A stretch of DNA of 64,000 nt from Lingula anatina. Lineage: Eukaryota; Animalia; Brachiopoda. Shown here in pieces: positions 1 through 13,789 of the stretch. The translations under genes and the position numbers were made by a program. The notes under the pieces were generated by a model. That model ran no database searches. It worked only from the letters and a program-made list of their open reading frames with translations, and was not told the origin of the DNA. The stretch's first letter is position 1. Each line of letters begins with the position of its first letter. Location: NCBI GenBank assembly GCA_051362555.1, contig CM120642.1, positions 4,154,001 through 4,218,000 on the forward strand, written 5' to 3'.

Positions 1-467
1 GCTTCTTTAATCTTGTTTTCATAACTTTAATAAAAATCTTACCGATTAGGAAAATTTAAGATGAATGAGCACTGATCAGATGTGAAATATAATTATGGGA
101 GATAGCAGCGTACGGTGTATGTACAAGTTTAGAATATAAATAAATGTAAGAAAAGTAAAAGAAAAAATACAACATTTCGTTTTGCACTAGCCACAGATTA
201 ACCATTTAATAAATAAATAAATAAATAAATAAATGATAGTATAATTTACACCCCCCCCCTCTGTGAATGCCAATTTGTCACAGTTAAAACAGAACAATAA
301 CAGAGTATTTTGGTGTAATTCCATGTACTTTCATTTATAAATAGAGTTCTGCTGTTTAACATTGCTATTGATCTATTATTGTGAAGATAATACACTTTCT
401 CATTCTTCTTCTATTTGTTTTCATGTAGACTTTATGAAAATGTATCTCTGTGGACAAGTATTTCTTT

Positions 468-519
<52 letters not shown>

Positions 520-1123
520 AGCATAGTGACAGAAGAGGAAGACTAATAACACTTCCTGAGCAGAAAACAGATCATGGAAAAATTCAGTGGCTGCTCAGTC
601 CAAAAAGTGAATCGTGCTTGAGAACATTACATCTATACATAACTGAAAGTTTGAAAAAACGACACACCCATCAATAACAATAGTCGTTTTATTCTGTGCT
701 GCTTCCCAGTAATCATTCCATTAGTATTTGTACAAATTTGTATAATTGATGTTAAGTTGTTATGAATAGTTTAGAGAGCCTGTACAATGTAATATGTACA
801 CATTTTAGTGCTCAATAAAGGTTATTTATTTTATTTATATAATCGAACTGACACGATATGTAACTGCACCACATGATATATGTTAGAGTAAGTCAGAGCA
901 TTGTGCGACACGTGTCTCCTCGGACCATTCAGTCACTTTTTATAAGTTTTTTTTTTTTTTTAATATTTTTCAGCACACTACGGAATACAAAGCAAAATAC
1001 AAGATATGCACAACAAGAACGTCCTTGTTGCTAAAACGATTACGGTACGGTCACGGCAACACGGTAGTTTAAGCTTTTCCTAGGATGTCCGCATCAGACT
1101 CTTGGAAACTGGGCAGGAACTCT

Positions 1124-1882
1124 TTACAATATTGTGCAACCTGCAAAGATGTTGAAAAATGTGATATGTTTTCAGAATATTAAATTAACACCGCAGACTT
1201 GATTTCACTTTCGTATAAGTACAATGACCTGTAAAAAGGGGCTCCTTCAAAAACAGCCACATCAGCATGTACAAAGAGTGAATGTGAGTGTTCGTTAGTA
1301 AACGATTTAGGTTCTAAATACATTTCAGATAGGTTTTACTGAATATGTTTGGTAATAAGAGAGAGAGAGAGAAAGAAAAGAACAGAAAAAGAGAGAACAA
1401 AAAATATAGTAGTATAATATTTAGGGAAAGAGCTCACGACCATACTCACTTCCCCCACTACGTCTATTATTCGCCCTGATCTCCTGTATAAGCTTCTCTT
1501 GTCTGTCCATGGTCTCCTGCAACTGTTGAGTCTGCTCCTGATGTTGCTGCTGAAGCTGGTTGTGGTTCTTCTGCATATCAGCCAGCATTTCTTTATACTG
1601 TTCTGCTTGCCTGTCCAAACCCTCCTGCAGGAGGCGCTGGTGTTCCTCTTGCTTTGCACGCATGTCTGCCTCGTGCATTTCCTGCGATGCCCGGATTTTC
1701 TGATCAAATTCTGCTTGGACTTGCTGTATCATTGCCAGGTTGCTTGCCTCCTTGTCGGCAAGTTCTTGCTGAAGCTGCTGCTGTTTCTGTTTTAATGACT
1801 CTGCCTGCAAAGCTTGTTGTTCAGCTTCTTCTTGGGCTCTTGCAAGATCCTTCTCTTTTTCGGACAATTTCTATAACAGAAA

Positions 1883-1940
<58 letters not shown>

Positions 1941-4273
1941 CTTTATATTTGCAGTTCACGTTTCCCATGTTTAGAGCGTTTGTTGATATGTTCGACTTGT
2001 ATATTAACTTATTTATTAATGCGTCTTTATTTTTTCTCGACTGGAGAGAAAGGAAAGTTACGCGATTCTTTAACAGAAGAGTTATTGATTTAAATGACAA
2101 CAACATCAAGCAGAATATCATAACCTATGCATTAAAATCAGTGCTAACAACCGTCACCTTGTCAGCTTCTAGAATGGCCTTCCCCTCATTTTTCTTGGCT
2201 TCATTGAACCGTGCCAGTTCCTCGTCAGCGCATGGACCTTTCCTCTGTGTGTTGGCGTATATCTCTTTTATTTTTTGATAGTCCGCTTGGTACTTCCCGT
2301 ACCCCCCTGCGCCTGTGTAGTGACCACCCTGGACCTTCTTTGCAATATTGGCATACGCGTTATGTAAAACTTGTCTACATTTGTCCCTCGAGACTTCCTT
2401 GTTCTGCTCCACAAATTGCGTATAGACTGACAACAAGGCCTCCTACATGAAAAAATAATGTTCTATCTATTAAGATATATTAGACATTCGTTACATACAT
2501 ACATCATACACAGCATTATCTGTGTGCTACTTTGCGCTGTTACCGACCACATTTCAAGTCGCATCTTTAGTTTGGTAGGCATTAGGGGTATTTATTTTGC
2601 GGTTGATAGTACTCCACTGTTATATCATCCTGAATTCTATTCTTTGCAAGATGCTTACCTGCAGTTTTCTTTGAAAATTCCCTTCGGCATCAAATACAGC
2701 AATGTTCTGATAAACACGGAGGGCTGCCCCATTGGCCTGCTCGTGGAGGCTTGACAGCTCCTTCAACGAGAGGGGCATGTTTGGGAGAGCTTCCCTCTCC
2801 ATTATGATGCTGTAGCTCCTTACACTTTCATCCAAGGCCCTCTGGCACTCCACCTGCATCATGGTCTCCACTGCGGTACCAATACATGGCACGGCACCAG
2901 AGTTGATGGCTTCCACGTAGGTTTCTGCCAATGTTAGGTATCCTGTTGAAGAAAAAAAACGCATACCAAATTGATTATTAAGTAATTAAATGGTATAACA
3001 TGGGGTTTATACATAAAGATACCTTCTAAAACTGTCATTTGTTATTTTTTATCTAATGAGAACAATACAATTTAACGATTTTCCTAACATGAGCCTAAGT
3101 TCTTGAATTTGACTGAAGTAGTTCCAACAAACGAATTCATTAATTGTAGAAATAAGGTGATATATTTACTGCTGCCATTAATGGCGTTTCCCTTCACTCT
3201 GAATGCCTCTACGCCTGTCCAAACAGTCTCGCAGAACCGATTGGCGTCCTTCAAGAACTCTGGCTTGATGTCTTCCTCTCTGGCCTGGTCAAGCTTCTGG
3301 AGAAGCACATCATCGTCCACTGGTTTCTTAAGGACAAAGCACTTCCTGTGGGGGAAAAATGCCCGGATGCACTCTCTGGGTGCATTGTAATCTTGAACAG
3401 CTTTGCCATGTCCTTTCTTCATTTTCAAGGCGTGTTCAAGGTACTCGTCAGGCGTGCATGGCTTCCCTTCAATGTTGAGCTCAAGGGTAAAATCACGCAC
3501 TACCCAAAAGAATTGTGGAAAGAACTTGCTGAACGATTCCCCTGTTTCCTCCTCGGCACCTCCAGCCTGGACTTTAATGTGTTCTGTCAGTTCTGAAACC
3601 AAGCTGTGGATCTTATTAAGGGAAGATTTTTTTGTTTGTTTGTTGCTTTTAAATACAGTGTGTAACGCTTGGTTTTTCAGTGGATATGATGTTTATCTTT
3701 TTATTGATAGGGGTATATTATTTTCAATTCTGATTGTTGCATATATAATTTTTAAATGTGTAATACTTCCATGTAGTATAAGTTAAGGCAAGATGTTGTA
3801 AGAATACAGTAATTCCTTATTTGTGACATTCAGAACAAAAATAATTTTAAAGGATACTGTAGCTTATTGATTGCATCAGCATCAATGGTTCCTTGGCTGT
3901 TGTAGACGAAACAGTTGCAAAGCAGAACGGCCAGAGTGAAGAGTTGAATGTCGTAGGTCGAGTCCCCCTTTTCCACGTCATAGAGGCCCTCGGTGTCAAT
4001 CAGCAACAGACACCTGTTGCTATCCCTGGGGTGGGGCCGGGCCCAGATCCAGATCCCCTTGGTTTTGGACTGGACCGTGCTGCCCAGGTCGAATCCAGAG
4101 TTCTTGCCGTAAAGCCTGTTCATCAGATACGACTTGCCCGTGCGGTATTTGCCGACGATGGCGACTACGGACATTGGTTTGTCTATGTTTTGCAAGCATA
4201 GTTTGGCTTCTTCGTTGATGGTAAACTTGTGACCATTATCTCCTTGTATGATCAATGGCACTGGTTTGTCCAT
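1124..4273 (-). CDS. GBP: Guanylate-binding protein paralog A, 6 coding exons, ~618 aa, C-terminal CaaX CTIL
   Basis: Exons 4273-3858, 3603-3170, 2942-2659, 2442-2158, 1870-1450 and 1140-1124 join in frame (1857 nt). P-loop GKYRTGKS, TVQSKTKG, DTEG, GBP-type VVRDF, helical/coiled-coil tail; the last 17-nt exon gives S-C-T-I-L-stop. Confidence 0.92.
3604..3857 (-). other. U12-type (minor) GT-AG intron in GBP-A
   Basis: 5' site GTATCCTTT; branch-like TTCCCTTAAT (3624-3615) about 10 nt before CAG; splicing gives KLH-LVSELTEH. Confidence 0.88.
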
Positions 4274-5949
4274 AATGGAGTTGTTCTGACAAAAAGAAGG
4301 AATTCACAGGTTTGAAAAATAAAAATTTCCAGTCGAATGTTTGTTCAGAATTGAAGTTGATTCAAAGACTGAGGTTAAGTCGGAGGTTAATGCATGAATG
4401 TATAATGAATGAACACTTTGTTTAAAAACCGTAGTGAGCTTTACTCAAAGGCGCAAAAGACGCCTATTCCAGCTCAGTGTTCAAAGTCTTTTGTGAGAGG
4501 CAAACTATAATCTCTCTCTCTCTCTCTCATGTACTAGATATATAAATTAGCTAAACATAGCACGTGATAATTATGCAAACAAAAATTAATGACATTAGGG
4601 CAGTTTTTGTTTCAGGTTTAAAGTATAATTTTAATTTTAAAATCTATAATTCTTTCTATTCCATATGAAAATAAAAAACGATGTTAGGGTGGATAAGCTG
4701 CCAAGTTGCCCAGAATAGCATCTTACGAGCTGCAAAGAACAAAATACATGTATGAAAATTAAGTAGATGGTACTGATAGGTAGCCATTGAATGTCTTCTC
4801 AATCCCGCACTCCCCTCATATACTGGGTAAACAATGACCCACCCTAAAGACATTCTTGTATGTCAACAGTGGCTCATAATGGCAATCGATAGTCCGGGTT
4901 CCATTAATGAGAAATTTCCACTGTGTTGATTAGCCATTTTTTTAAACAATTGTTATATTCAATGTGTTGATTTTCAAATCCCTACACAATTACTTAACAA
5001 TACCGGATTTGATTGAAACTTATCTATTTGGAGGAAATCGTGACTTAGTACTGGTTCACACGGTTTGGTGTAATTACATCCGAATATTGTATAAAAATAT
5101 CATTTTTTAAATAATCAATTGAAAATGTCATGTTAATTTTACAAACATTTAGGATTTTTCTACATTTATAAACCTTAATCATTATCCTAATGAAAATCAA
5201 TAGAGTCCATCCTAGATTTATTGGCAATCTACAAAAATAAACAAAATAGATAAATAAATAAAATCTGAAACCAAAATCTCTTAAATTGTGGTCGCTATTG
5301 TGACAAACAAACAAACAAACCACGAGGGGAGTTAGATATGCAAATAAATTTTCTCAAGTAATAACAAAACAGGATATACAAATGCACAAAGAAAGGTGGG
5401 TGATCTGTCTTGAAAATCATTTTAATAATGACAAATGAGTTGCCCGAGAATATTAATCATGTTTATAAAGCAAAAACAATTCTTAATCAACCCTCACAGC
5501 ATCTCATGTGCTGTTATCAAATAAACACACCAGTATGATACATGGAAAGTAAAGTTGGACAAGTCAGTTCAGACAGTAGCATATTTATAAAAATGAAAAT
5601 GAAAATTTTTGGTTATTTTTGACAGTCAGGTGATTAACGGGAATTTTGGTTTCGATTGAATATTCCGATAATAGGTGCAACATTAGCTTAGCTGACTAAT
5701 ACGAAAGTTGGTGATGAATCGGAAATTTATTTGCGATTAAAAATATCCTGTAAGCCTATTTTCTTTAGTTCACATCTGGGAACCTGTCTATTATTCAACG
5801 ATTGCGCTTGAACAAATACTTGCTTAAATAACTGTAAGCAAAATGATTCATCGGGCGTTTAAGTGGACAAACAAAAAACCCTAATTAATAAAACGGTGGA
5901 TTACAAATTCTCCGATGTAGGGAGCTGAATAAATACAAATATACTCGAA

Positions 5950-6129
5950 GGCTGTGTTCAAATTTAAAGTGATCGATCCAGAAGGAACGATCTACCTCTG
6001 CAACCCGCCCCCTCCGGAAGCTATGGGGTAATTCACTTTCGTAGTTTCTGTTGCGATTGTGCTGATTACACTTAGGGGAGACCCCCCCCCCCTCCGAGAT
6101 CGATCACAGCTTTTAATATGAACACAGCC
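5950..6129. mobile_element. MITE with GGCTGTGTTCA terminal inverted repeats (Harbinger/Tourist-like)
   Basis: ggctgtgttcaaattt...gatcgatc at the left end mirrors gatcgatc...aatatgaacacagcc at the right end. Confidence 0.55.
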
Positions 6130-6852
6130 AAACGGAAATTCACTGCAGCTGCTCTCCGTCAGGTCTTAGGTTTTTACCTAGTGCTGAGGGTGAGGTGGGG
6201 GTGGGGCACAATGCTGGGAGATCGTAAGGGGTATAGCAGTTGACCATCTGTGCCTAATTACAGTTAGAGGGTTATTATCTTAGAGCAAAGAACTTGAGAA
6301 CTGATACTGTCATAGTAATGTCAGAGTTAAAAGTACAACTATATAAATATCAGTGATTTTTAAAGACCTGTGTATATCCATATGCCTGTGGCATTAGGTA
6401 TTGGAGCCGACACCGAAATAACCTACAACTACATGTACCTTGTCATATGGCCACTTTAAATTACATTCTGAATGTAGCATATGAAACGTGAGGAGCTAAG
6501 GGGTTGAAAGAAGAAATATTTATAGAACTAAAACACAAGTATAGATATAGCAAAAGAACACAACTTACTTCTGGTTCGAAATGTCAGCTTCTACTGATTG
6601 CGTGGCAGTAATGTCTTCGATCTAATATCTGTGTAGATAGAAATATCAGCTGCTGTTTTCACCAGTGTGCGGTATGATAGCCACGCATGAAACTGCAACT
6701 CGGCGTTTTTCCAGCAGTCAGTCAAATGCGCCTGATCATAGAACGAATGCTGTAGAAAGGAAAAGCGTCGATTAAATAAGCTCCAGTGCTGAATTTCTCT
6801 TTTTATTTCGATTCTATCGCCTGTTTTTCGGTCAGTGCTATTTTTAGCATAT

Positions 6853-6905
6853 AGAAATTCCCAGTGAATAACGTACGTTGTAATAAGCTCTGTGCGGAAA
6901 TTCCC
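6853..6905 (-). promoter_or_regulatory. Pair of NF-kB-like sites upstream of a putative non-coding first exon of GBP-A
   Basis: Minus-strand GGGAATTTCT (6853-6862) and GGGAATTTCC (6896-6905); candidate GTAAGT donor at ~6568. Function is inferred. Confidence 0.4.
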
Positions 6906-7274
6906 TTTACGACAAGCGCACTTTATCGTTAAACGCCCCTTGAACTTTGCATTAAAAGGGTGACGAACGTTTACTTAACTGCCTTAAACATCACCCCACT
7001 TTACCTACACAACAGCAGGTTACAGATAGCATAGGTTTGACCTGACCTAGGTCAGTGATGTCAGTTGAATTCATAAAACAAGTACATGTGTATGAGTAAT
7101 CAGAGATACCCTTCATAGGTCAAAATATTGTGGTATACTAAAAATAGTGTCATTGCAAATATATAACGGTATTTTAATATTTTGGGTTTTCCAAATGGAT
7201 GGTGTCTTTTATGAGATGGTCATTATGTTTAAATAAACCTGGGCAATTTCAAACACAGGAAAGTTCCCCGTCCG

Positions 7275-7417
7275 ATGTGAAATAGAATAATGGGAGATAA
7301 CAGCGTACGGTGTATGTGCAAGTTTAGAAGATAAATAAATGTAAGAAAAATGAAAAAAAATACATCATTTCGTTTCACACTAGCCCCAAAGCCACTGTGT
7401 ACATCTCAAATCAACCA

Positions 7418-7453
<36 letters not shown>

Positions 7454-7735
7454 AATCTAGTATAATTTACCCCTTCCCCCTCTGTGAATGCCAATTTGCC
7501 ACAATAAAAAAAAAGAACAGTAACAGACTACTTTGGTGCATTTCATGTACTTTAATTTATAAATAGGGTTCTGCTATATGACATAATGTATTTCATCGTA
7601 TATTGATCTATTATTGTGAAGATAAAGTTGTATACACCATCCTCCATTAATAAATTCTTCTCCTAGACTTTCTCAGTCTTCTTCTATTTGTTTTCATGTA
7701 GACTTCTTGAATTTTTAACTCTGTGAACAAATTAA
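7275..7735. repeat. ~400-450 bp segment duplicated at ~75-455
   Basis: Shared blocks gatgtgaaata...cagcgtacggtgtatgt...ctctgtgaatgccaattt...ttttcatgtagactt; each copy lies downstream of a minus-strand GBP. Confidence 0.8.
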
Positions 7736-8237
7736 CTTCCTAAGGTAGGCTATGTACAAAGCATTTTTAAAATAAGATCATGCCTTGTTTGCATTGCTGA
7801 TATTTAAAAGTTATTTTTATACACAGTAAATAAAAATGAATTTTTTTCACTGTAACAGGTACATGGAGTGAACATCAACAATTTAAATCATGCCTTCAGC
7901 AAAGAAGCCAACACACATCTATAAAGCCTATTATATACATCATTCAGCCTGATCAAGTGTCCATTTCCGTTTACATAAATATATCCAAAAGAGTTAGTTT
8001 TCAAAATGTCAGTCTCAGCAATGTCTTTGCTTATGTTATGCAATGTCCAGCTATTCACAGCCTTCACTGACTGAGAAATGTCTACATTTGAAGCTCGCCA
8101 AATTTTCAGGAACTGGTCACATAATAGCACAACCTAAAAAAGAAGAAAATATTATGTGGATAAAGTAATGTTTGAAATAATTATACATATATAACGAAAA
8201 CACATTGGCTATCCAGCGAGGGGGAGGAGAGGGCAAG

Positions 8238-8291
<54 letters not shown>

Positions 8292-8592
8292 CTTATATGA
8301 TGTTGAATTATATCATTCAGCCGTTAACAGGCTTACAAATAAGAAAAAAACATAAGCTTACAGGTATTTTCGACCGAAAGTAAATTTCCGATTGATCATC
8401 AACTTTCGTATTAGTCATTTAAGCTAATGTTGCATTTTTAAGGGAAATATTCAATCGAAACTTAAATTCCAATTAATCATTTGACTGTCAGAAATGACCA
8501 AAGAATACCACTGACGATACCATGAAACCGGCAGTGGTTTAATAACAACTGCTTTTTATTTACTGGTACATGTATGTAATTCTTTGCAGATC

Positions 8593-8650
<58 letters not shown>

Positions 8651-9632
8651 GAGAGAGAACACTTACCACCACCTCCTCCCCTACTTCTGCTGTTAGCGTG
8701 TCGAAGCCCTTCTTCAAGGTTTCTATTCTGCTGCATTAGAAGCCTTATCTGGTCGGCACTTTGGTCTGCTCTCCTTTGTTGGGCATCCAATTGCTCCTGG
8801 GTCAGTCGCATGCGGTGTTCCAATTCTCTGCTAATTCTCTGCGCTTCTGCGTCCCTGATTTGTATCTCATGTTGCTTCTCGCTGTTCACTCTCCGTATTC
8901 TTTCTTCATACTGCTCCCTCATTTCCCCCTTCTCTTGTTCAAGTCGTCTCAGATTTTCCTCGTGGTCAATTTGTAGTCTATCCAGCCTTTCCTCCAAGGC
9001 CTGCTGTGCGTCTGCGTTCTGCTGTTTCTCCAACTCGATAAGGACGCGATGGGTCTCTATCTCCTGCTCCTTCTTGGCTACGGCCCCTGCAGTCTGGTGG
9101 ATCAGCTGGGTCTGGGTCTGCTTCTCGTTCTCGAAGTCTTCCCTCACCTGGCGGGCGCAGTAGGCGGGGCCCTTCTTTGGATACTCATCGTAGAGGACAA
9201 AGACCTTCTGTAAGTCTTGGATGTATTCAAAATGGCCGTCGGAATAGGAGTACTCATCTTCGTCGATCTTTTTCTGCACGATGCTGGTAAACAGAACATC
9301 CAGCATTTCTCTACACAATCGAAGGGCCTCTGATTCGTTGTTTTTACAGATCATGGTGTACTCCTTTTCGATGTCTGCCTGGAATATATATGTAATTAAA
9401 TTCACTTGTTAGGCTAGTGCCTGATTAAAAAGAATGGGAAGATGTTTTTTTTTTTCGTAAACCTTTGAATAATATGTCTGTAAAACCAAAATAAGATTTG
9501 CAATTAAATATTTTATGGGAAGCAAAATTTCATGGGTGTTTATGTCATTAGACTCAGTTATTCTAAAACAGCCATTAGAACTGTGATATGAATGCTGAAA
9601 TATCTAAATTAACGCCAATGGCAAATAAAGGT

Positions 9633-9671
<39 letters not shown>

Positions 9672-11068
9672 GAAAGAAAGAGAGAAAGAGATGGGGGGGG
9701 TACCTTCATTCGATTGTAGAATTCTCCATCATCATCAAATATGGCGTACTCGGCAAAGGTTCTCTCGGCACAGTTATCAAAATTGTGCCTGTGCCTTCTT
9801 TTAAGCTCATCCTCTTGAAGCGGCAGCTCCTCTACAGTGTCTTGCATTGCTATTTTGTAGAACTGCAGCGCCATCTCTACTGCCTTCAGGCACTCCGCCT
9901 GGCGAACAGCTACCACAGCATTCTCCACAGATGGGATCTTATCTTGGCGAAAGGCCAGCACACAATTACGGGCGATTTCCACCAGATCTAAAATAATACG
10001 AGATTAAAGTATAACAGGATAATTATACGTATACTGATAACTAGTATACTGATAAAGTTATCTCAAAAACCTAGGAGGCAAAAATAGTGACGAGATACTA
10101 CATGCTGTGCAGGTACTTGATAACATAACTATACATGAACACGAATGACACATGATATATAATGGCAATTCCCTTAAACATCTGACTATAAAATTCACAA
10201 TATAACCCCTGTAAGTAAATGATTTTATCAATTCTCAAAATATTATCAAATATTTGATATACCGTACATTAATATTACAACAACTACTACATTGTATTAC
10301 AGAACAACAACCAAAATCAACACAAAATTAGCTTTAGTTTTCGTATTTGATCTTATATTGGCAAATTACTATACATAAAACTTGGACACTTACGTCTACT
10401 GTTCATCCGCTCTCCACGGACCTTCTTTGGTTCACTTTGCGCGTGGATGGTGGACACGAGCTGTGTGACACCGTCCACAAAGGCGGGCTGAAGTTGGTCC
10501 TCCGGGACCTCGTCCACCTGCTTCAAGGCCTCGTCCTCAGTCACTGGACGGGGTAGAACAAAACAAGACCTGGAATGAAAAAGAAGGGAATCGTTTTTAA
10601 TTACTTAATCCGTTTTTACCTGTTTGGTCTTCTCACACATATATGTAACCAAAAGGCTAAATATTCAAAAGTTTATAAACACAATCAATACTCTCAACGC
10701 CTCAACTTCGAAAGGGGGGAGGCCAACACTTCGTTCTACAGGCGGCTGTAAGGCCGGTGTAACAGGGGCTTTACATTAAAATAACGCTGAAAACTCTACT
10801 TCAATTAAAGCAGTACCTGTTTGGAAAGTAGGATTTCAACTTGTCACGAGAATTATTCCGCAACCGTGTTTTTTCTCCAAAACCTCTCTTTATTTTGAGG
10901 CAATGCTCCAAGTAGGTTGTTGGTGAACACGGCTGTCCGTCGACGACCAATTCCAGCATGAAGTCTCTAACTACGAAATGTAGCGCAGGGAAAATTCGGT
11001 CCATGTTTATAACATTTCCCTCGTCGTCAACCCTGAGGACCAAGTGCTCAGAGAGCTCAGATACTAAG

Positions 11069-11526
11069 CTGGGCAAACGGTTAAGCAGTATAAATTCAGG
11101 TGAAATAATTCCACAATGTAAATTGGTATAATTTTTCATTGTATATACTACCAGTAAACCAGTATTGTTATTCTAATAATAAGTCAACAGTTTACCAGTA
11201 ATGTACAGTGCACACGATCAATGAGCAAATATCAGCACTCCCCCAACCCCTTAAAGTCACCCTCCACCCTCACCCCGCCTCAAAAGAAAAAATTAGAATA
11301 ACAACATGTTTAATCAAAATAAAAAAAAGATTGTATACCTGTGTCTTCCATACTATGGCTCATATCACCTTTTTAGTTTTATAGTCTCTCGTGCCCCCTA
11401 CCCCCCCCCCCAAAAAAAAAATAAATAAATAAAAAAAATAAATAAAAAAAAATAAAGCTAAACAAGATACTGGATCCGGCAGTGAATTCAGATAAAAAAA
11501 AAAGGAATCATCATCAAAAAGGATAC
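11069..11526 (-). other. U12-type GT-AG intron in GBP-B
   Basis: GTATCCTTT donor; branch TGCTTAAC (11087-11080) just before CCAG; same position and phase as in the paralogs. Confidence 0.88.
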
Positions 11527-11975
11527 TCTAGAAGTTCTAAACAGCTCTCATCTATTACACCCTGGCAGTTGTAGATCAGGGTACTGCTGAGGATAACAGA
11601 CAGAACAAAGATCTGAATGTCCCGGTTCTCGTCGCCGTCTGTGGCATGGGACAGACCCTCAGTGTCCAGTAACAGCAGGTTATGATTGGGTCTGGTGGGG
11701 TGGTCAGTTATCCAGGCCCAAATTCCTAGAAATGTCATTTATTATATTTTATATATCTAACAGAAACAGACAAAAATATCACACACACATAAACACGCAG
11801 AGAGAGAGAGAGAGAGAGGAGCGGGGCCAGAACATTGACAAACAAGTAGACAGACGGACAGGCATCTTTATAATTATTGGTATTATAAATATCAATCATA
11901 AATACCCTTCGTTGCGGCGTTGATGGTCGGACCGAGTGGGAATCCCGCCTGCTTCCCCAACAGCCGGTTCATTAA

Positions 11976-13009
11976 CCCTCAAGAGACCAAGCTATTTTAC
12001 TGACTGAAATGACCAAGTGGGGTCATCTATGACCCCATTGTGCTCTGTACAGGGATCCTTATTATAAAAGGCTGTTGAGTGTTTATCACACCTATACTAC
12101 TCCCAGGATTTAAGACAAGTATTTCATAATGATCTAATGTAATAGGTATTTGGTAATAATACTTTTATTGCATGAAATAACCAAGCACAGATTTAAAATC
12201 AACAACCAATCACTGGTGTTTAGACAGTCCTTGTCAGTCTCCACTTGCAGAAATATTTCTCTTTTTATTTGCCACACTAAATGAAAAAAGTGCATTACAA
12301 AATTACTTTGAGTAAAAAGATTTTGACTTATGTTGAGATAGCATCCTGCTAATTCAATAAGAATAATTAGCTGACTTGCTAAGTAGGGAATACCCTAATG
12401 GTGGTAAGGAAGTCATGCTACTCAGAACATATTCAGTCAACCTACATGTATGTTACTACCACATATGTGTGTAAAAACAAATCCACACAAACAATTTGTT
12501 ATATATGTATAATATGACATCGACAGAATTCTTTAGATTTCCGAAATACCCGAAAATTGTAACCGTCAAAATGAGAGACCCAGTTATGAGAACAAGTTCC
12601 AACAAAGCTACTGAAATTAGATTCAGCGATGCACTATTAGTAACACTTCAAGCACAATCTTCACAAACCACTTACTTGTGCCTATGTTTTGGGCACACTG
12701 GCTGGTTGCATGAAGCACATGCATGTGACATTTTCCTGTCAGTGTTGCGTGGGCAAAACATTTGAATAAAATTTAAAAACTAATATTTAAAAACCAATGC
12801 TTCTCTTTGGGGTCATATATGACCCCAGAAAAGTTTGTGATGTATACGCCACACTGATTGGTTGATCCCTACAAAAAACTGTGAAAGTGTGTAGGATTAG
12901 TAGACTGACAAACTCATGCAAGGAAAGAAAATTCGAATAAAAATTAAAGAGATGGCACATTAAATCATATGGCTGGGGTCGTAAATGACCCCACTCGGTC
13001 ACTTGAGGG
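11976..13009 (-). mobile_element. Internally deleted piggyBac element (1034 bp)
   Basis: TTAA duplicated at 11972-11975 and 13010-13013; TIRs CCCTCAAG(A/T)GACC(A/G)AG; subterminal ggggtc...gacccc palindromes (~12019, 12809, 12975). A remnant piggyBac-type Cys-rich terminus CPRNTDRKMSHACASCNQPVCPKH...VVCEDC lies at ~12760-12650 (-). Confidence 0.88.
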
Positions 13010-13778
13010 TTAAGTACGACTTCCCTCGGCGAGCTCTGCCCACAATAGCGATAACCACTACAGGTTTCCCGTGCTGTTGTAGAGTGTCGGCTGTTTCATC
13101 GTGTACGAAAAGTTTCCCGTCACTGTCTACACCAATGAACGGCTTTGGACTGGTCATTCTCGAAGACATTCTGATAAGAAAGAAAAATGAAAACAACGAC
13201 CTTAGATAAAAATTCAAGACAGAAGATTCCTTTCGAATTAAGCAGTAAAATAGTCTGATAAACCATCTCCTATCTATATCGTTTAAGAATTAAAATTTCA
13301 CCTGAATTGTTTTATATCGTAATAGTGTGATTAGCTTAATAACATGAGGTGATATTTAGAAAAGAATGAAATAAAAAGAAATTGAAATAAAAAAGAAAAA
13401 GAGGAAGAAGAAGAATCAAAAAATTTATTGACTTTTACTTTTAGATCAACCTTTCCATTTTGTTACATGAAAGATTAGTCATAAAAATGTACTCAACTGA
13501 AAGCACACACAGACTGAAATTCATACAGAAAGATAGTGGGAATTTTTCTACCCTAAACATGTAGGTAGGACAGTTGCCTCAATTTCGATATACGCTCATT
13601 AGCAATGATGTTTTATCTGTACAACTACTACTACTACTACTGTAGTACTATTGTTAATACATGTTTACCGCTATCACTATCAAATAATAATAATAATAAC
13701 AACAACAACACTGTTAAAGAACTGCACAAATGCGGAGTTTTCTGAATGTAAACAAAAACAGCTGTTCTTAATGTGAAC

Positions 13779-13789
13779 GGGGAATCCCC
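13779..13789. promoter_or_regulatory. Palindromic NF-kB-like site GGGGAATCCCC upstream of GBP-B
   Basis: Matches the GGGRNNYYCC consensus, ~600 bp upstream of the GBP-B ATG; function inferred. Confidence 0.4.

Larger units (their letters stand above)
8117..13169 (-). pseudogene. GBP: GBP paralog B (~621 aa once repaired, CaaX CAIM), first coding exon interrupted by a piggyBac-derived element
   Basis: Exons 13169-13010 + 11971-11906, 11725-11527, 11068-10817, 10569-10394, 9987-9704, 9378-8667 and 8133-8117 total 1866 nt in frame. Motifs GRARRGKS-Y-LMNRL, TINAATKG, DTEG, VVRDF; the last exon gives G-C-A-I-M-stop. With the insertion the frame stops at GKSYLTLK*. Confidence 0.85.

Noticed and set aside
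500-556. Possible second terminal exon for GBP-A (minus-strand CTCAG acceptor)
   Set aside because: The reading runs into the TA microsatellite and has no recognisable motif.
450-677. ORFs with YIYIYI runs (also 1654, 1885, 8477, 32712, 52638)
   Set aside because: Translations of (TA)n microsatellites.
11976-13009. piggyBac insertion acting as a clean new intron (introner)
   Set aside because: The GT/AG pairs I tested near the ends give a frameshift or an in-frame TGA/TAA.
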